A stretch of 64,000 nt of DNA, from contig NC_043020.1 of the NCBI RefSeq assembly GCF_006345805.1, forward strand, positions 11,470,001 to 11,534,000, written 5' to 3'. A model generated the notes under the pieces. That model was not told the origin of the DNA. It did no database searches and saw only the letters and a list, made by a program, of their open reading frames with translations. The stretch is from Octopus sinensis (lineage: Eukaryota). Below are positions 1 through 11,358 of the stretch, one piece after another. Made by a program: the position numbers and the translations under genes. Each line of letters opens with the position of its first letter. The stretch's first letter is position 1.

Positions 1-294
1 GTAAGTAGTAGTATTTCATCTTGAATTTTAACATCTATTATTTTTGCCTTCTGGGATTCAATTGTTAACATATTGGTTAATTAAGGCCGAGATTGAGTTT
101 AGCCAGATTGGTGTTAAAACTTCTACAGCTCTGCCAGAATATTTCACAGGTTACACACACAGCAGCTAACGCTTATCAGATTAGCAGCATGGGAGGGTAA
201 AAGAGATCAGAGAGAATGGACACACATACACACACAAATGGTTTTTTTGTGTATCATCACTTGACTATTCAATCTTTTCTCACATGCAGATATA

Positions 295-683
295 TCTTTA
301 TATATAAAAGTCAAGTTGTGTGTCTGTCTCCTACGATTTAGATTCCTAACTACTTCCACATTTTGCGGTGCAGTTTAACCAAAACCGGGTATCTTATAGT
401 CGTGATTCATATCGAGCCCTTCTGGGTATTAGCGCGCGTCTACGATGAGTCTACGATTTAAAAAAATTTACCATCATTTTTTCCATTTTAATGCATTTTT
501 TCGCTATTATATAAGGGAAGTAAAAAAAAATGTTACGATGAGTCAACGATTTTTAAAAAAATTTACCATAATTTTTTTTCTATTTTTAATGCATTTTTTT
601 GCTATTTTTTGGCTATAACTCTCTAAAAATGCTTTATAGTTATTTCCTTTACAAACCCGAGCAACGCCGGGCGATACTGCTAG
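295..683 (+). mobile_element. Non-autonomous Helitron-like element, family H1 (copy 1)
   Basis: Begins A|TC at 294/295 and ends with GC hairpin CCCGAGCAACGCCGGG (656-671) then CTAG|T (680-684). Internal direct duplication of the GTCTACGATGAGTC block. Homologous copies at 1474-1865 and 40401-40793. Confidence 0.8.
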
Positions 684-720
<37 letters not shown>

Positions 721-789
721 CAATGACCTAGGTTTTTGCAAGTAACTTATGAAACCACATGAGGCTGAACCTAATTGTCTTAAATAATA

Positions 790-1170
790 GGTGCAGGAGT
801 GGCTGTGTGGTAAGTAGCTTGCTTACCAACAACATGGTTCTGGGTTCATTCCCACTGCGTGGCACCTTGGGCAAGTGTCTTCTACTATAGCCTCTGGCTG
901 ACCAATGCCTTGTGAGTGGATTTGGTAGATGGAAACTGGAAGAAGCCCGTCATATATATGTATATATATATATGTTTGTGTGTCTGTGTTTGTCCCACCA
1001 CCCCCCGACGGTGGTGTGCTTACGTCCCCGTAACTTAGCGGTTCCGCAAAAGAGACAGATAGAATAAGTACTAGGCTTACAAAGAATCAGTCCTGGGGTC
1101 GATTTACTCGACTAAAAGGCGGTGCTCCAGCATGGCCGCAGTCAAATGACTGAAAATAGTGAAAGAGTAA
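790..1170 (+). mobile_element. tRNA-derived SINE, family A
   Basis: A-box-like TGGCTGTGTGG, B-box-like GGTTCATTCCC, CTTGGGCAAGTGTC body, internal (TA)/(TG) tract, 3' half ending ...GTCAAATGACTGAAA. More than 20 copies or half-copies in the window. Confidence 0.85.
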
Positions 1171-1179
1171 TATATATCT

Positions 1180-1457
1180 CATCATCATCCTTTAACATCC
1201 GCTTTCCATGCTAGCATGGGTTGGACGATTTGACTTAGGTCTGGCGAACCAGATGGCTGCACTGGACTCCAATCTAATCTGGCAGAGTTTCCTCAGCTGG
1301 ATGCCCTTCCTAACGCCAACCACTCCAAGAGTGTAGTGGGTGCTTTTACATGCCACCGGCACGAGGGCCAGTCAGGTGGTACTGGCAACGGCCACGCTCA
1401 AATGGTGCTTTTTATGTGCCAACTGCACAGGAGCCAGTCCAGTGGCATTGGCAACGA
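1180..1457 (-). mobile_element. RTE-clade LINE 3' UTR fragment with (GAT)n tail
   Basis: CATCATC-TTTAACATCCGCTTTCCATGCTAGCATGGG start shared with 5794, 33808, 41696, 54629, 58912; the 58912 copy runs into RTE ORF2 C-terminal codons. Confidence 0.75.
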
Positions 1458-1473
1458 CATATATATATATATA

Positions 1474-1865
1474 CTAGCAGTATCACCCAGCGTTGCTCGG
1501 GTTTGTAAGGGAAATAACTATAAAGCATTTTTAGAGAGTTATAGCCAAAAAATAGCAAAAAATGCATAAAAAATGGAAAAAATGATGGTAAATTTTTTTT
1601 TTAATCGTTGACTCATCGTAGACATTTTTAGAGAGTTACTTCCCTTATATTTAAAAAAATATGCATTAAAATGGAAAAAAATGATGGTAAATTATTTTTC
1701 AAATCGTAGACTCATCGTAGACGCGCGCTAATACCCAGAAGGGGTCGATATGAATCACGACTATAAGATACCCGGTTTTGGTTAAACTGCACCGCAAAAA
1801 TGTGGAGTAGTTAGGAATCTAAATCGGAGTAGACAGACACACAACCTTACTTTTATATATAAAGA
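1474..1865 (-). mobile_element. Non-autonomous Helitron-like element, family H1 (copy 2)
   Basis: Reverse complement of 295-683; CTAG at 1474-1477, terminal GA (TC on minus strand) at 1864-1865. Confidence 0.8.
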
Positions 1866-2956
1866 TATTAGAAATGGTACTTCCTAACCATAACCACTGT
1901 TATGGTTATTCTAAAATTACCAAAATCTCGTTAGTTCTTAAACTTGTCAGTCATTTTATCATGGAGTCTGATTAAGTAATCTAATTAGGCAATATGACAA
2001 TACATTACATTATTTTAAAAATTAACCAGATTTATAGCTATCTGTTAGGTGACTATCTTCATTAGCTGCGTTGTGCTAAAATATGCAAGAAATTAACTAA
2101 ATTAGTAACTAAATTAGTAACATTAATTGGAAGAATGAATTAATTTCAAAAGTTCTAAGATGAAAGATTAACAAAGAGATTGTGAATAAAGAATGCAAAA
2201 TGGCCAAAACCTAAATGAACAAACAAACGAGGCATTTATGCACACATTAACGAAGTACGTTGCAATAATTAAACTTTTAAAGCAATCATTGGGAATGTTT
2301 AACATTCATTTTGTGCAAATTAATTACGATGCTATTATTTTTCACTATTTTAAAAGAAATATCGTTATCGTAGGAGATCAATAAGTATGGGATCGTTAAG
2401 CAAGACGTCGTTATAATTTGAACATGTTAAGCAAACAAGCAGAATGACCCCCCCCACCACCACCACCACTCCACTAATTTACCATCTTCCACTCTAGTTC
2501 ACGTGTGTCATCGTCAAAAACACAAGAAAGGGTTTATGGAAGGTAACAGTTAGTTTGGTTTACTTAAAAATAGAACATGACCAAGCTTTCACTATCAGGT
2601 GAAACTTAAATTTATGTAGACGAGCTTCTATCCCAAGAAAAAGTTATCCCTCATCTGCTAAATGTTAGAAAAATTGGAGAGGAGCACTGACCCTAAAATT
2701 TCAGGGGTTTCTCTGAAAAAAAAAATAATAAATAAAAATAGTGTGGATTATTATTTTATGAATTACAAAGTTCTTTAGGGAACATTGTAAGTGATAAAAT
2801 GTGTGATCCAGTAATTCACTGGGGTTATTTTAAACACTCGGCTGTACCAATCCTTGTAAATATGTGACCTTGTGCTAAGTTTTGAAATCATAATTAACAT
2901 TGTTGAACAATTCATCTTAGTTCTAGATCAACAACAGATCTATTTCCCTACTTCAA

Positions 2957-3705
2957 GTATTTGTCATGTCCTATAGATGTCTGTCATGTACCACAGATGT
3001 CTCTCACGTACCATAGATGTCTGTTACATACCACAGATATCTGTCATGCACCACAAATATCTGTCATGTACAATAGATATCTGTCATGTACCACAGATAT
3101 TTGTCATGTCCTATAGATATCTGTCACATATCACAGATGTCTGTCACGTACCACAGATGTCTGTCACATACCACAGATGTCTGTCACGTACCACAGATGT
3201 CTGTTACATACCACAAATGTCTGTCACATAACACAGATGTCTGTCACGTACCACAGATGTCTGTCACGTACCACAGATGTCTGTCACATACCACAGATGT
3301 CTGTCACGTACTATAGATGTCTGTCACATAACACAGATGTCTGTCACACACCACAGATGTCTGTCACGTACCACAGATGTCTGTCACACACCACAGATGT
3401 CTGTCACGTACCACAGATGTCTGTCACGTACCACAGATGTCTGTCACATACCACAGATGTCTGTCACGTACCACAGATGTCTGTCACATACCACAGATGT
3501 CTGTCACGTACCACAGATGTCTGTCACGTACCACAGATGTCTGTCACATACCACAGATGTCTGTCACGTACCACAGATGTCTGTCACATACCACAGATCT
3601 CTGTCACATACCACAGATATCTGTCATGTACCATAAATATCTGTCATGTACAATAGATATCTGTCCTGTACCACAGATATTTGTCATGTCCTATAGATAT
3701 CTGTT
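2957..3705. repeat. 20-bp minisatellite, about 37 units (CAGATGTCTGTCACGTACCA)
   Basis: Exact 20-bp periodicity. Core units CAGATGTCTG, edge units CAGATATCTG. Confidence 0.95.
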
Positions 3706-4202
3706 AGCTGACTTTGGGCTAAATTTTATCATCTGATTTGTGTTTTAGCCATAAGCAGATCACTGTTAACTCTGACTGCATGGCAGCATAAGACTCAAAA
3801 GAGACGATCATAGGGAATTTCGTTGAAGCTCCCTTATTGGCGGCTCACATTGTTGCAGTGTTTAACATAATTGTTAAGGGGTATTAAAGTGGGATTTACC
3901 AGCTACAATAAACAGGGGTTAAGTGAAGATGCCCAATACACAAGTCCTCCCACTGGTTCATGTGATCCCTATTTCAAAGATAAAAAGGGGTTTGTTAACA
4001 AGTGACTGTGTCGAAAGGAGCTCTTTCATTGGTTGATTATGAGATCCCCATTTTCAAGATGAAATACAATTGTTCAGAGAAGACAGGTTTGGCAGTTGAA
4101 CAGACTCGGTAGAGCGATTGTTACATAGAGGTGTCTTCTCTCTCCCCGACTCCGCTCTGCTCTCAATGCCTTTGTCAGCTGCTGATGTATATAACATGTG
4201 AT

Positions 4203-4511
4203 GTAGCCTTTGGCAACTTTATGACATAATTAAACTCGTTAGTAATTTTTAGTGATGCCGTAACCAAGGCAACAGAAAATTTCAATATGAAGCTATATAA
4301 TAATAAGACTGCAATTCGAAGTCAGAGTTACAACATCAGACAATTTTATGAGGGGGAAGAAAAAAAAAAACAAAAACGAAATAGATTGCAAAAAAAAAAA
4401 AAAAATTTTTTTTTTTAATCCGAAAAGAATGAAAAAAAAAAATAACAAAACAAAGATCAATAGAATTGGAAAAGCTGAAAGAGAAATAATTCCCCGTGTT
4501 TCTATGGCAAC
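4203..4511. promoter_or_regulatory. Cluster of three RFX X-box-like motifs
   Basis: GTAGCCTTTGGCAAC (4203-4217), GTAACCAAGGCAAC (4260-4273), GTTTCTATGGCAAC (4498-4511; fits GTHNYYATRRNAAC), in non-repeat sequence. Confidence 0.4.
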
Positions 4512-4619
4512 AAAGACTTTGTTGCATGTAAAGTGAGGGTTGTGCAGTGATTTTTCCTCAGAAATGATAGCCATCTCTGCATCTATTAACATATAAAATA
4601 TAATTTGATTTTATAAGAC

Positions 4620-5420
4620 CAGTGTGTGTGTGTGTGTGTGTGTGCATGTGTATGTGTGTGTATGTGGGCATATGTGTATAGGCGCATGCCTATACACATA
4701 TGCCCACACACACATACACACACATACACATGCACACACACACGCCTATACACATATGCCCACACATACATACACACACACACACTGGTATATATGTATA
4801 TATGGGTACATATAGGTGTATATGGGCATGTGTGTATATGTGCATGTGTGTGTAAATGTATGGGTGCGTATGGGCATATGTGTGTGTGTGTAAATGTATG
4901 GGTGTGTATACAAGGGTGTGCAAATGACTGTGTGTATGTGTATATATATGTATGTGTGGTGCTTGCATATGTGTGTGTGTGTATGTATGTGTGTGTATGG
5001 GCATGTGTATGTATATATGGGTACATATAGGTGTATATGGGCATGTGTGTATATGTGCATGTGTGTGTAAATGTATAGGTGTGTATGGGCATATGTGTGT
5101 GTGTGTAAATGTATGGGTGTGTATACAAGGGTGTGCATATGAATGTGTGTGTGTGTATATATGTGTATGTGTGGTGCTTGCATATGTGTGTGTGTGTGTG
5201 TGTGTGTGTTTACATGTATGCATGTTTGACCATGTACAAATGTGTGAGTCTTTGGGTGTGTGTGTGTTAGTGTAGAATATGCTGTGTGTATGCACGTGTG
5301 TGTTTGAGAGTATATGCGCATGTGTGTGCATCTGCCTGAATGTGTGTGTGTGTGTGTGTGTGTTTAAGTGTGATTAGAGCCTCAAGAGAAAAATACCCAA
5401 CACACACACACACACACACA
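4620..5420. repeat. Compound (TG/TA/CA)n microsatellite with a ~216-bp internal higher-order duplication
   Basis: Dinucleotide-based tract; block TGGGTACATATAGGTGTATATGGGCATG recurs at about 4802 and 5018. Confidence 0.9.
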
Positions 5421-5793
5421 TACACACCTACCCGGTCCATCCACCTCCAGGCCCTACCATCAGTCAGTTCCAGTATGGTTTAGTGAAGTGTGACCAAAGT
5501 AACAAAAATTAATAACATACAACACAATATCTCTCCCAAGAATCATTAATGGCAAATTTACTTTCTTTACCTCCTCACCCCCCATCCCACCCCAGCCACC
5601 CACCCACCAGCCACCGCTCTATTTTCTTTCACACCCAAAATAAACTTTTAACAGAATCAATACCCTGATTATAGACGCTCGTCTCTTCTTTGACTGGTCT
5701 CCGACACTGGAATGAGGCCAGTCAGGAACACCCCAGCCAATAGTTTGAGTCGATTGTATCGACCGAGGACCATATAGCCGTCTGGTACTTTTT

Positions 5794-6070
5794 TCATCAT
5801 CATCATCATCATCATCATTGTTTAACGTCAGCTTTCCATGCTAGCATGGGTTGGACAATTTGACTAAGGTCTGGCGAACCAGATGGCTGCACCAGGCTCC
5901 AGTCTGATCTGGCAGAGTTTCTACACCTGGATGCCCTTCCTAACGCCAACCACTCCGAGAGTGTAGGGTCAGTTAGGCAGTACTGGCAATGGTCACACTC
6001 AAATGGTGCTGTTTATGTGCCACCTGCACAGGAGCCAGTCCAGCGGCACTGCCAACAACCTCGCTCAAAT
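5794..6070 (-). mobile_element. RTE-clade LINE 3' UTR fragment
   Basis: (CAT)n followed by TTTAACGTCAGCTTTCCATGCTAGCATGGG; same family as 1180-1457. Confidence 0.75.
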
Positions 6071-6781
6071 GTTTTTTTTTTTTCTCAAATGGCTAAGTTT
6101 CACCTTTTTTTGACGTAAAGGGAAGATGCTTGATACACTGCCTTAAAGTGCTATACACACACACACGTACATGGTATATATATATATATAAATATACACA
6201 CACTTGTATATATATATACTTGCTGATCAATTGTTTTTGTCTCATTTTGTCTCAAAGTCGTAAGACTTTCCGTGTCATTCCTGTTTTTATCCGTTACTGT
6301 TTCCAATTTTATCTTCGTCTCTTGTTTTCCTATTCGTCTCGGTTGTCACATTCTTTCCTTCTACCAAGCAAATCTAATGCCCATAGCTTAGCTTTTCCTT
6401 GGGGTTGGCCGTTTTGGAGCAAATCTCAGAATTAAACAGCCGAAATTTGCCATGATGAATCGGTTTCTGACTGAAGAATGAAGGCTCTGAATGACTGTCT
6501 GTTTTCCGTGTTCGTCACTTTGTGTATTTCACGTTCTTTATATATAAAATTTTATTCTATATATATATATGTACATAAACACACACTCATTAATTACACA
6601 AATAGTTTGCATTTAAAAAATGTTTTTGTGTGCAAAACAACTCACAAGGAGGATTAATTACTACTACTACTGACAACAACAATAATGATAATAATAATAA
6701 TATTCCTTTCTGCTATAGGCACAAGGCCTGAATTTTGGTGGGAGGTGGGAGGCAAGTTGATCTCATCGACCCCATTACTTG

Positions 6782-7438
6782 ACTGGTACTTAATTTATCA
6801 ACCTGGAAAGAATGAAAGACAAAGTCGACCTTGGTGGAATTTGAACTCAGAACTTAGCGATTGGCAAAATACTGCTAAGCAGGTCGTCCAGCATGCTAAC
6901 GATTCTGCCAGCTCACTGCCTTAGTGATGATGATGATAATAACAATAATAATAATAACAATAATAATAATAATAATAATCCTTTCTACTATAATAATAAT
7001 AATGATGATGATGATGATGATGATGATAATAATAATAATGATGATAATCCTTTCTACTCCCTGAAATTTTGGGAGTGGGGATAAGTCAATTACATCGACC
7101 CCAGTGTGTAACTGGTACTTAATTTATCAACCTGGAAAGAATGAAGACAAAGTCGACCTTGGTGGAATTTGAACTCAGAACTTAGCGATTGGCAAAATAC
7201 TGCTAAGCAGGTCGTCCAGCATGCTAACGATTCTGCCAGCTCACTGCCTTAGTGATGATGATGATAATAACAATAATAATAATAACAATAATAATAATAA
7301 TAATAATCCTTTCTACTATAATAATAATAATGATGATGATGATGATGATGATGATAATAATAATAATGATGATAATCCTTTCTACTCCCTGAAATTTTGG
7401 GAGTGGGGATAAGTCAATTACATCGACCCCAGTGTGTA
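6782..7438. repeat. Near-identical tandem duplication (2 x ~328 bp) of SINE family C fragments and (AAT)/(GAT) microsatellites
   Basis: Identical 63-aa spurious ORFs at 6893 and 7221; microsatellite lengths identical in both units. Confidence 0.9.
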
Positions 7439-7674
7439 ACTGGTACTTAATTTATTGACCCTGAAAGTCAACCTCAGTGGAATTTGAACTCAGAATGGCA
7501 GGCGAAATACAGCTAAGCCTTTCAACCAGCGTGCTAATGATTCTGCCAGCTCACTGCCTTAGTGATAATAATAATATTAATAATAATAATAATAATAATA
7601 ACAAAACATTAAAAACATTCTTTACATTTTCTATTACAAAAAAATGTCATGAATTTATAATTTTATTTTCACAG

Positions 7675-7986
7675 ATTGTCCTTCGATGTGAAATTCCGGA
7701 GAAAAATAAGTTTGTCTTTGAGGAATTAAATCACGCTAAAAAAAAGTTATCGACGTCTGGAAACAGAACCAAGTGGAATTTAACATAAATAACAATAATG
7801 ATTTTTTTCATTGGCCGCAAGAGCGCAAGACATTGAGGGCAGCAGCATCAAAGGATCAAATACAACACACGATAATAATCAAAAGTAAATGTTGAAGTAT
7901 GAGTGAGGAGCTAAGTGTCTCATTGGCAGTACCAAAAGGGATTCCGAGCAAGAGTCAGTTACCAAAGTTACCAAGTTTGGAACAAT
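7675..7986 (+). other. Probable 5' UTR part of the exon carrying the ORF, with four uORFs
   Basis: Acceptor-like TTTTATTTTCACAG| at 7661-7674. All three frames close before 7915. ATGs at 7686, 7798, 7889, 7899. Confidence 0.45.
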
Positions 7987-9354
7987 ATGAATGAAAGAAA
8001 TCTGCATCATCATCGACAACTCCACGAATGGTATGAGCTGCACAAGTTCAACCAGCTGAACAACAACAACAACAACAATAGTGGTAGTGGTGGTGGTGGT
8101 GGTACCGGCGGCGGCGGCGGCATGTGTGTGACTGCGTCGTTGACACCTTACTTGTCTCCGCAGAAGGCGATGTGGATCGAGAACTGGAGGCAGGAGGTGA
8201 ACAAGGCCTTCTTCAAGATACCCGACACTCAAGGGACGACGACGACAACGACAACAACGACGACGGCGAACACCACTGCTCCAAGCAGCGAAAACAACAA
8301 CAACAACAATAACAACAACAACAAGAACAACAACAGCATCATCGCTAACGGTGTTGTGGTGAATACGAAACTGAAGAACGGAATATTGCCAAAGAACGGC
8401 ATAAAATTAAACCAAAGTCTGAACGGACATTTAAGTAGTCAACACACCCCAGCTAAAAGCGCAGAATGGAAAGATCAAGTTAGCAAAAGCCCTTTACAAC
8501 TGCAGTCAAAGGTCCTCTCTTGTAGTTTTTCGGATTTAAACCTCCAGCCAGGTTACAATCTAGAAAAGAAGTCATCAAGGAAACGTAATGGTAAATTCTG
8601 TCCGAACGACCAAAACCTTTTAAAATTTTCAGACACAAAAACATCTGCAAAGTCAGTTTCATCAAAAGACTGTCAGCATGCTAGACTGAGTGAGGTTCAT
8701 GTAGGGGTGTGTCCCCCATCAGATGAGAGTGGAGAGGAACTATTTCAATCGAAACCTAAAGACGGTGCCACAACTTTGGCTTTGCGTTCTTCCTCTAATA
8801 GCTTGCTTAATGTAATTTCTGTTGATGACTGTCGTGCAACAGTGCACTATCACACACCACAGAAGTCTACGACAGCTACCGCTGAAGGGTACCAGCCTTT
8901 AGAGCAGAAAAATAGTCCACAAAGTACAACAAAAACTCAGAAGCGACTGCTGAAGAGGCTACAAGCTCGGTATTTGAGTCAAAACGGGACAGACCCCACT
9001 GCATTATGCACTTCAAACCATTCCAGTATTGCTTCTGAACACCTGGAGGAGTCACTGTGTCCTGCGACTGCAAGCAAAGATTTTAATGCAGCAACGCATG
9101 ACACAATCCACAAAGAGTCGAGTCGCACAACAAAATCAAATTCTTTCACAGCATCGAGTGACAGTCCTGTGTTCAAGAGACTCAACACAAACCTACGGAA
9201 ACACATGAAGACGTTGCTTCAATCACAGAGGAACGCTGTCAAGTCACGACTGAAACCCGCTGACCGCCAGTCGTCTACGTCGGGATGTTGCCTGCGCGTC
9301 TGTGAATTACAAGGGGACTGTAATCCCTCTGATGAACACCTGCATAGTAGCTAA
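7987..9354 (+). CDS. 455-aa protein of unknown function, Ser/Thr/Asn/Lys-rich, probably largely disordered, apparently a single coding exon
   Basis: Only long non-repetitive ORF in the window. ATG at 7987 has A at -3. Short ordered-looking motifs (LHEWYELHKF, TPYLSPQKAMWIENWRQEVNKAFF, LLNVISVDDCRATVHY, FKRLNTNLRKHMKTLLQSQ) separated by poly-N/G/T runs. Stop TAA 9352-9354. An in-frame acceptor at 7929/7930 is an alternative. Confidence 0.75.
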   Translation: MNERNLHHHRQLHEWYELHKFNQLNNNNNNNSGSGGGGGTGGGGGMCVTASLTPYLSPQKAMWIENWRQEVNKAFFKIPDTQGTTTTTTTTTTANTTAPSSENNNNNNNNNNKNNNSIIANGVVVNTKLKNGILPKNGIKLNQSLNGHLSSQHTPAKSAEWKDQVSKSPLQLQSKVLSCSFSDLNLQPGYNLEKKSSRKRNGKFCPNDQNLLKFSDTKTSAKSVSSKDCQHARLSEVHVGVCPPSDESGEELFQSKPKDGATTLALRSSSNSLLNVISVDDCRATVHYHTPQKSTTATAEGYQPLEQKNSPQSTTKTQKRLLKRLQARYLSQNGTDPTALCTSNHSSIASEHLEESLCPATASKDFNAATHDTIHKESSRTTKSNSFTASSDSPVFKRLNTNLRKHMKTLLQSQRNAVKSRLKPADRQSSTSGCCLRVCELQGDCNPSDEHLHSS

Positions 9355-9842
9355 AAGACAGGCACAGTGAAACACAGGTGATGGAACATACGGAATTGAT
9401 TTAAGAGATATACAGCAGAAAGAAGTTTGAAGTTTGCTACTCTTAACACTTAACAGACGTCTGATAACCAACCAAAATACGAAATACAGGTTGTTGGAGC
9501 ATGAAATCTAGAAAACACCTGAAAGCTTAAGCGAGGCATTTGAAATTCGTTACAGGTAACGTTGTGATTGTCAGTGGATAATTTGCAGAACGTGAAGTTT
9601 ATTGTAAATTTAGAAGAAAAAGAAAAGAATGACAAAAAGTCAGAATGACAAGAGATGTGACCCAAAAAGCTAACTGTACCTCTAAAAAGTTGATGTGAAA
9701 TTTTGATTTGGAAACAAAACGTTTAAAAAAGTATATATAAAAAGAGAGAAAAAAAAAACAGAAAAAAAAAAAAAACTACCTGATGTTATCAATTTATTTT
9801 AAACGTGTCAAAAACAAGAAATTCAAAAAATTTATTATATTT

Positions 9843-10333
9843 AATAAAAAAAGGAGTTTAAAATGAGGAAGAGAAAGAATCAACAACAACAACAAGAAAC
9901 TGTGGCAGAATTTCTATGGCATAACTAACTACGATCTATGGAAAGAATGTGCATGTGTGAGATTTTTGGGGATTTTTTTTTTTTCTCCTTAAACAGGTCA
10001 GAAATATTCCCTAGTGGAATAACTATATTTCTGTACCAAAAACCATTTACAAGAATGGAAATATATAAACATTATTTTTTTGGAACTAATAAACAGAAAC
10101 ATTCAAAGACTTCCAAAGAATGTTGTCAACACCAGTCTTTCATTTACAGCAGGTAATATTCCTCGAATCATTGGTTCAGTTTGGTTAAAAAATGGTAAGA
10201 TTCTTCACTAGGATAACCTGACCATTTCCAAAGGATTGTTTTGTTTTTTGTTTTCTTTTGTCTGATTTTTTAAAAACAAAAGTTTAAAAAAAAATTATGC
10301 AATAAATACAGAAAAAAAAATTAATTAAATAAA
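9843..10333 (+). terminator. Candidate polyadenylation signals in an AT-rich 3' UTR
   Basis: AATAAA at 9843-9848, 10301-10306 and 10328-10333 downstream of the ORF. Region is A-rich, so chance matches are likely. Confidence 0.3.
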
Positions 10334-11301
10334 TATTGACTTTGTAAATGGATGTGTGTATATAAATAACTATATATAAATATATTAATGTATACAGTAT
10401 TGAAGATCCATTTCAGCTCATCTTACCAATAAGTTTCGCACTGGGTATTAGATAACCAGATATTAGATAACAGTGAAGTTAATTAACACCATGCCCTCTT
10501 CAGAGATGGCATGTATGAAAAAAAGTATGTCCAAAACAAGCTATGTCCAGTGCCCAGCCTGAGATGGGTCAAAGAACATATTCTGTCACTCTAATGATTA
10601 TGGATATTATATATGCTAAATGATGATGATGATAACGATATCAGAGCAGAATAAAAGAATAACACAGGAGATTCAGTTACACATATTATAACATCCTAAA
10701 TGACATTATAACAAAATGTATAACCAAATCTCCTGCTTTGTTCTGGAGGACAAATTAGGTTTAATGCCCGGAGTTGGATATACAGGGCTTTACAGGGTTT
10801 CTAAGCAAAGGTGAACTGTTATGCTATCTCATTTGAAATAATAACTGTCCAATATATATGCGTGTATGATATGCACACATATAACTATGCATTCGTTTGT
10901 CTGTTTTAGACTCATTTGGCCCATGGTAGCATGGATTAAATGAATAAATATTACCAAGGCATTGTATTTTGTTTTACAGCTGGATGCTTTCCCAGTAACC
11001 AACCCTTGCCCATTTTTCAAGTAAGGGATTTTCCATTTGTTTATGTTGTTGAAAATACAGAGCAAGTAAATAATTCATTGGCAAGGAATTGACGAGAAAC
11101 AACACTATTAGTAGTTCAACACCTTTTTTTCCTTTCATTCTTCTTTTTTTTTTTTCCTCCATGCAAAGCATCAAATGTAAAGATTCCTACAATGAAATTG
11201 GAGGTAACTTAAGATCAGTTATTAGAAGCAGAGATAAACACCCAGTAACCCAATGACATTACCTGATATTCCATTAATCCATGGGTTATTGGATGATGAA
11301 G

Positions 11302-11357
<56 letters not shown>

Positions 11358-11358
<1 letters not shown>

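Noticed and set aside
1870-2400. TAAT/ATTA-rich stretch as a homeodomain enhancer
   Set aside because: Such motifs are expected at this AT content; there is no conservation evidence available.
2977-3736. Overlapping 76-159-aa ORFs (MSVTYHRCLS...) and a CRISPR-like repeat/spacer look
   Set aside because: These are translations of the 20-bp minisatellite. The 'spacers' are near-identical, the context is eukaryotic and there are no cas genes.
6440-6510. CTGAAGA...GGCTCTGAATG hammerhead-like remnant in a (TA)-flanked element
   Set aside because: No GAAA and no convincing stem I or stem III in this copy; only a family consensus could rescue it.
7915-7986. GTG start at 7915 giving 479 aa
   Set aside because: This is a prokaryote-style alternative start directly after a TAA. 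The ATG at 7987 or a splice into the frame is more plausible in an animal.
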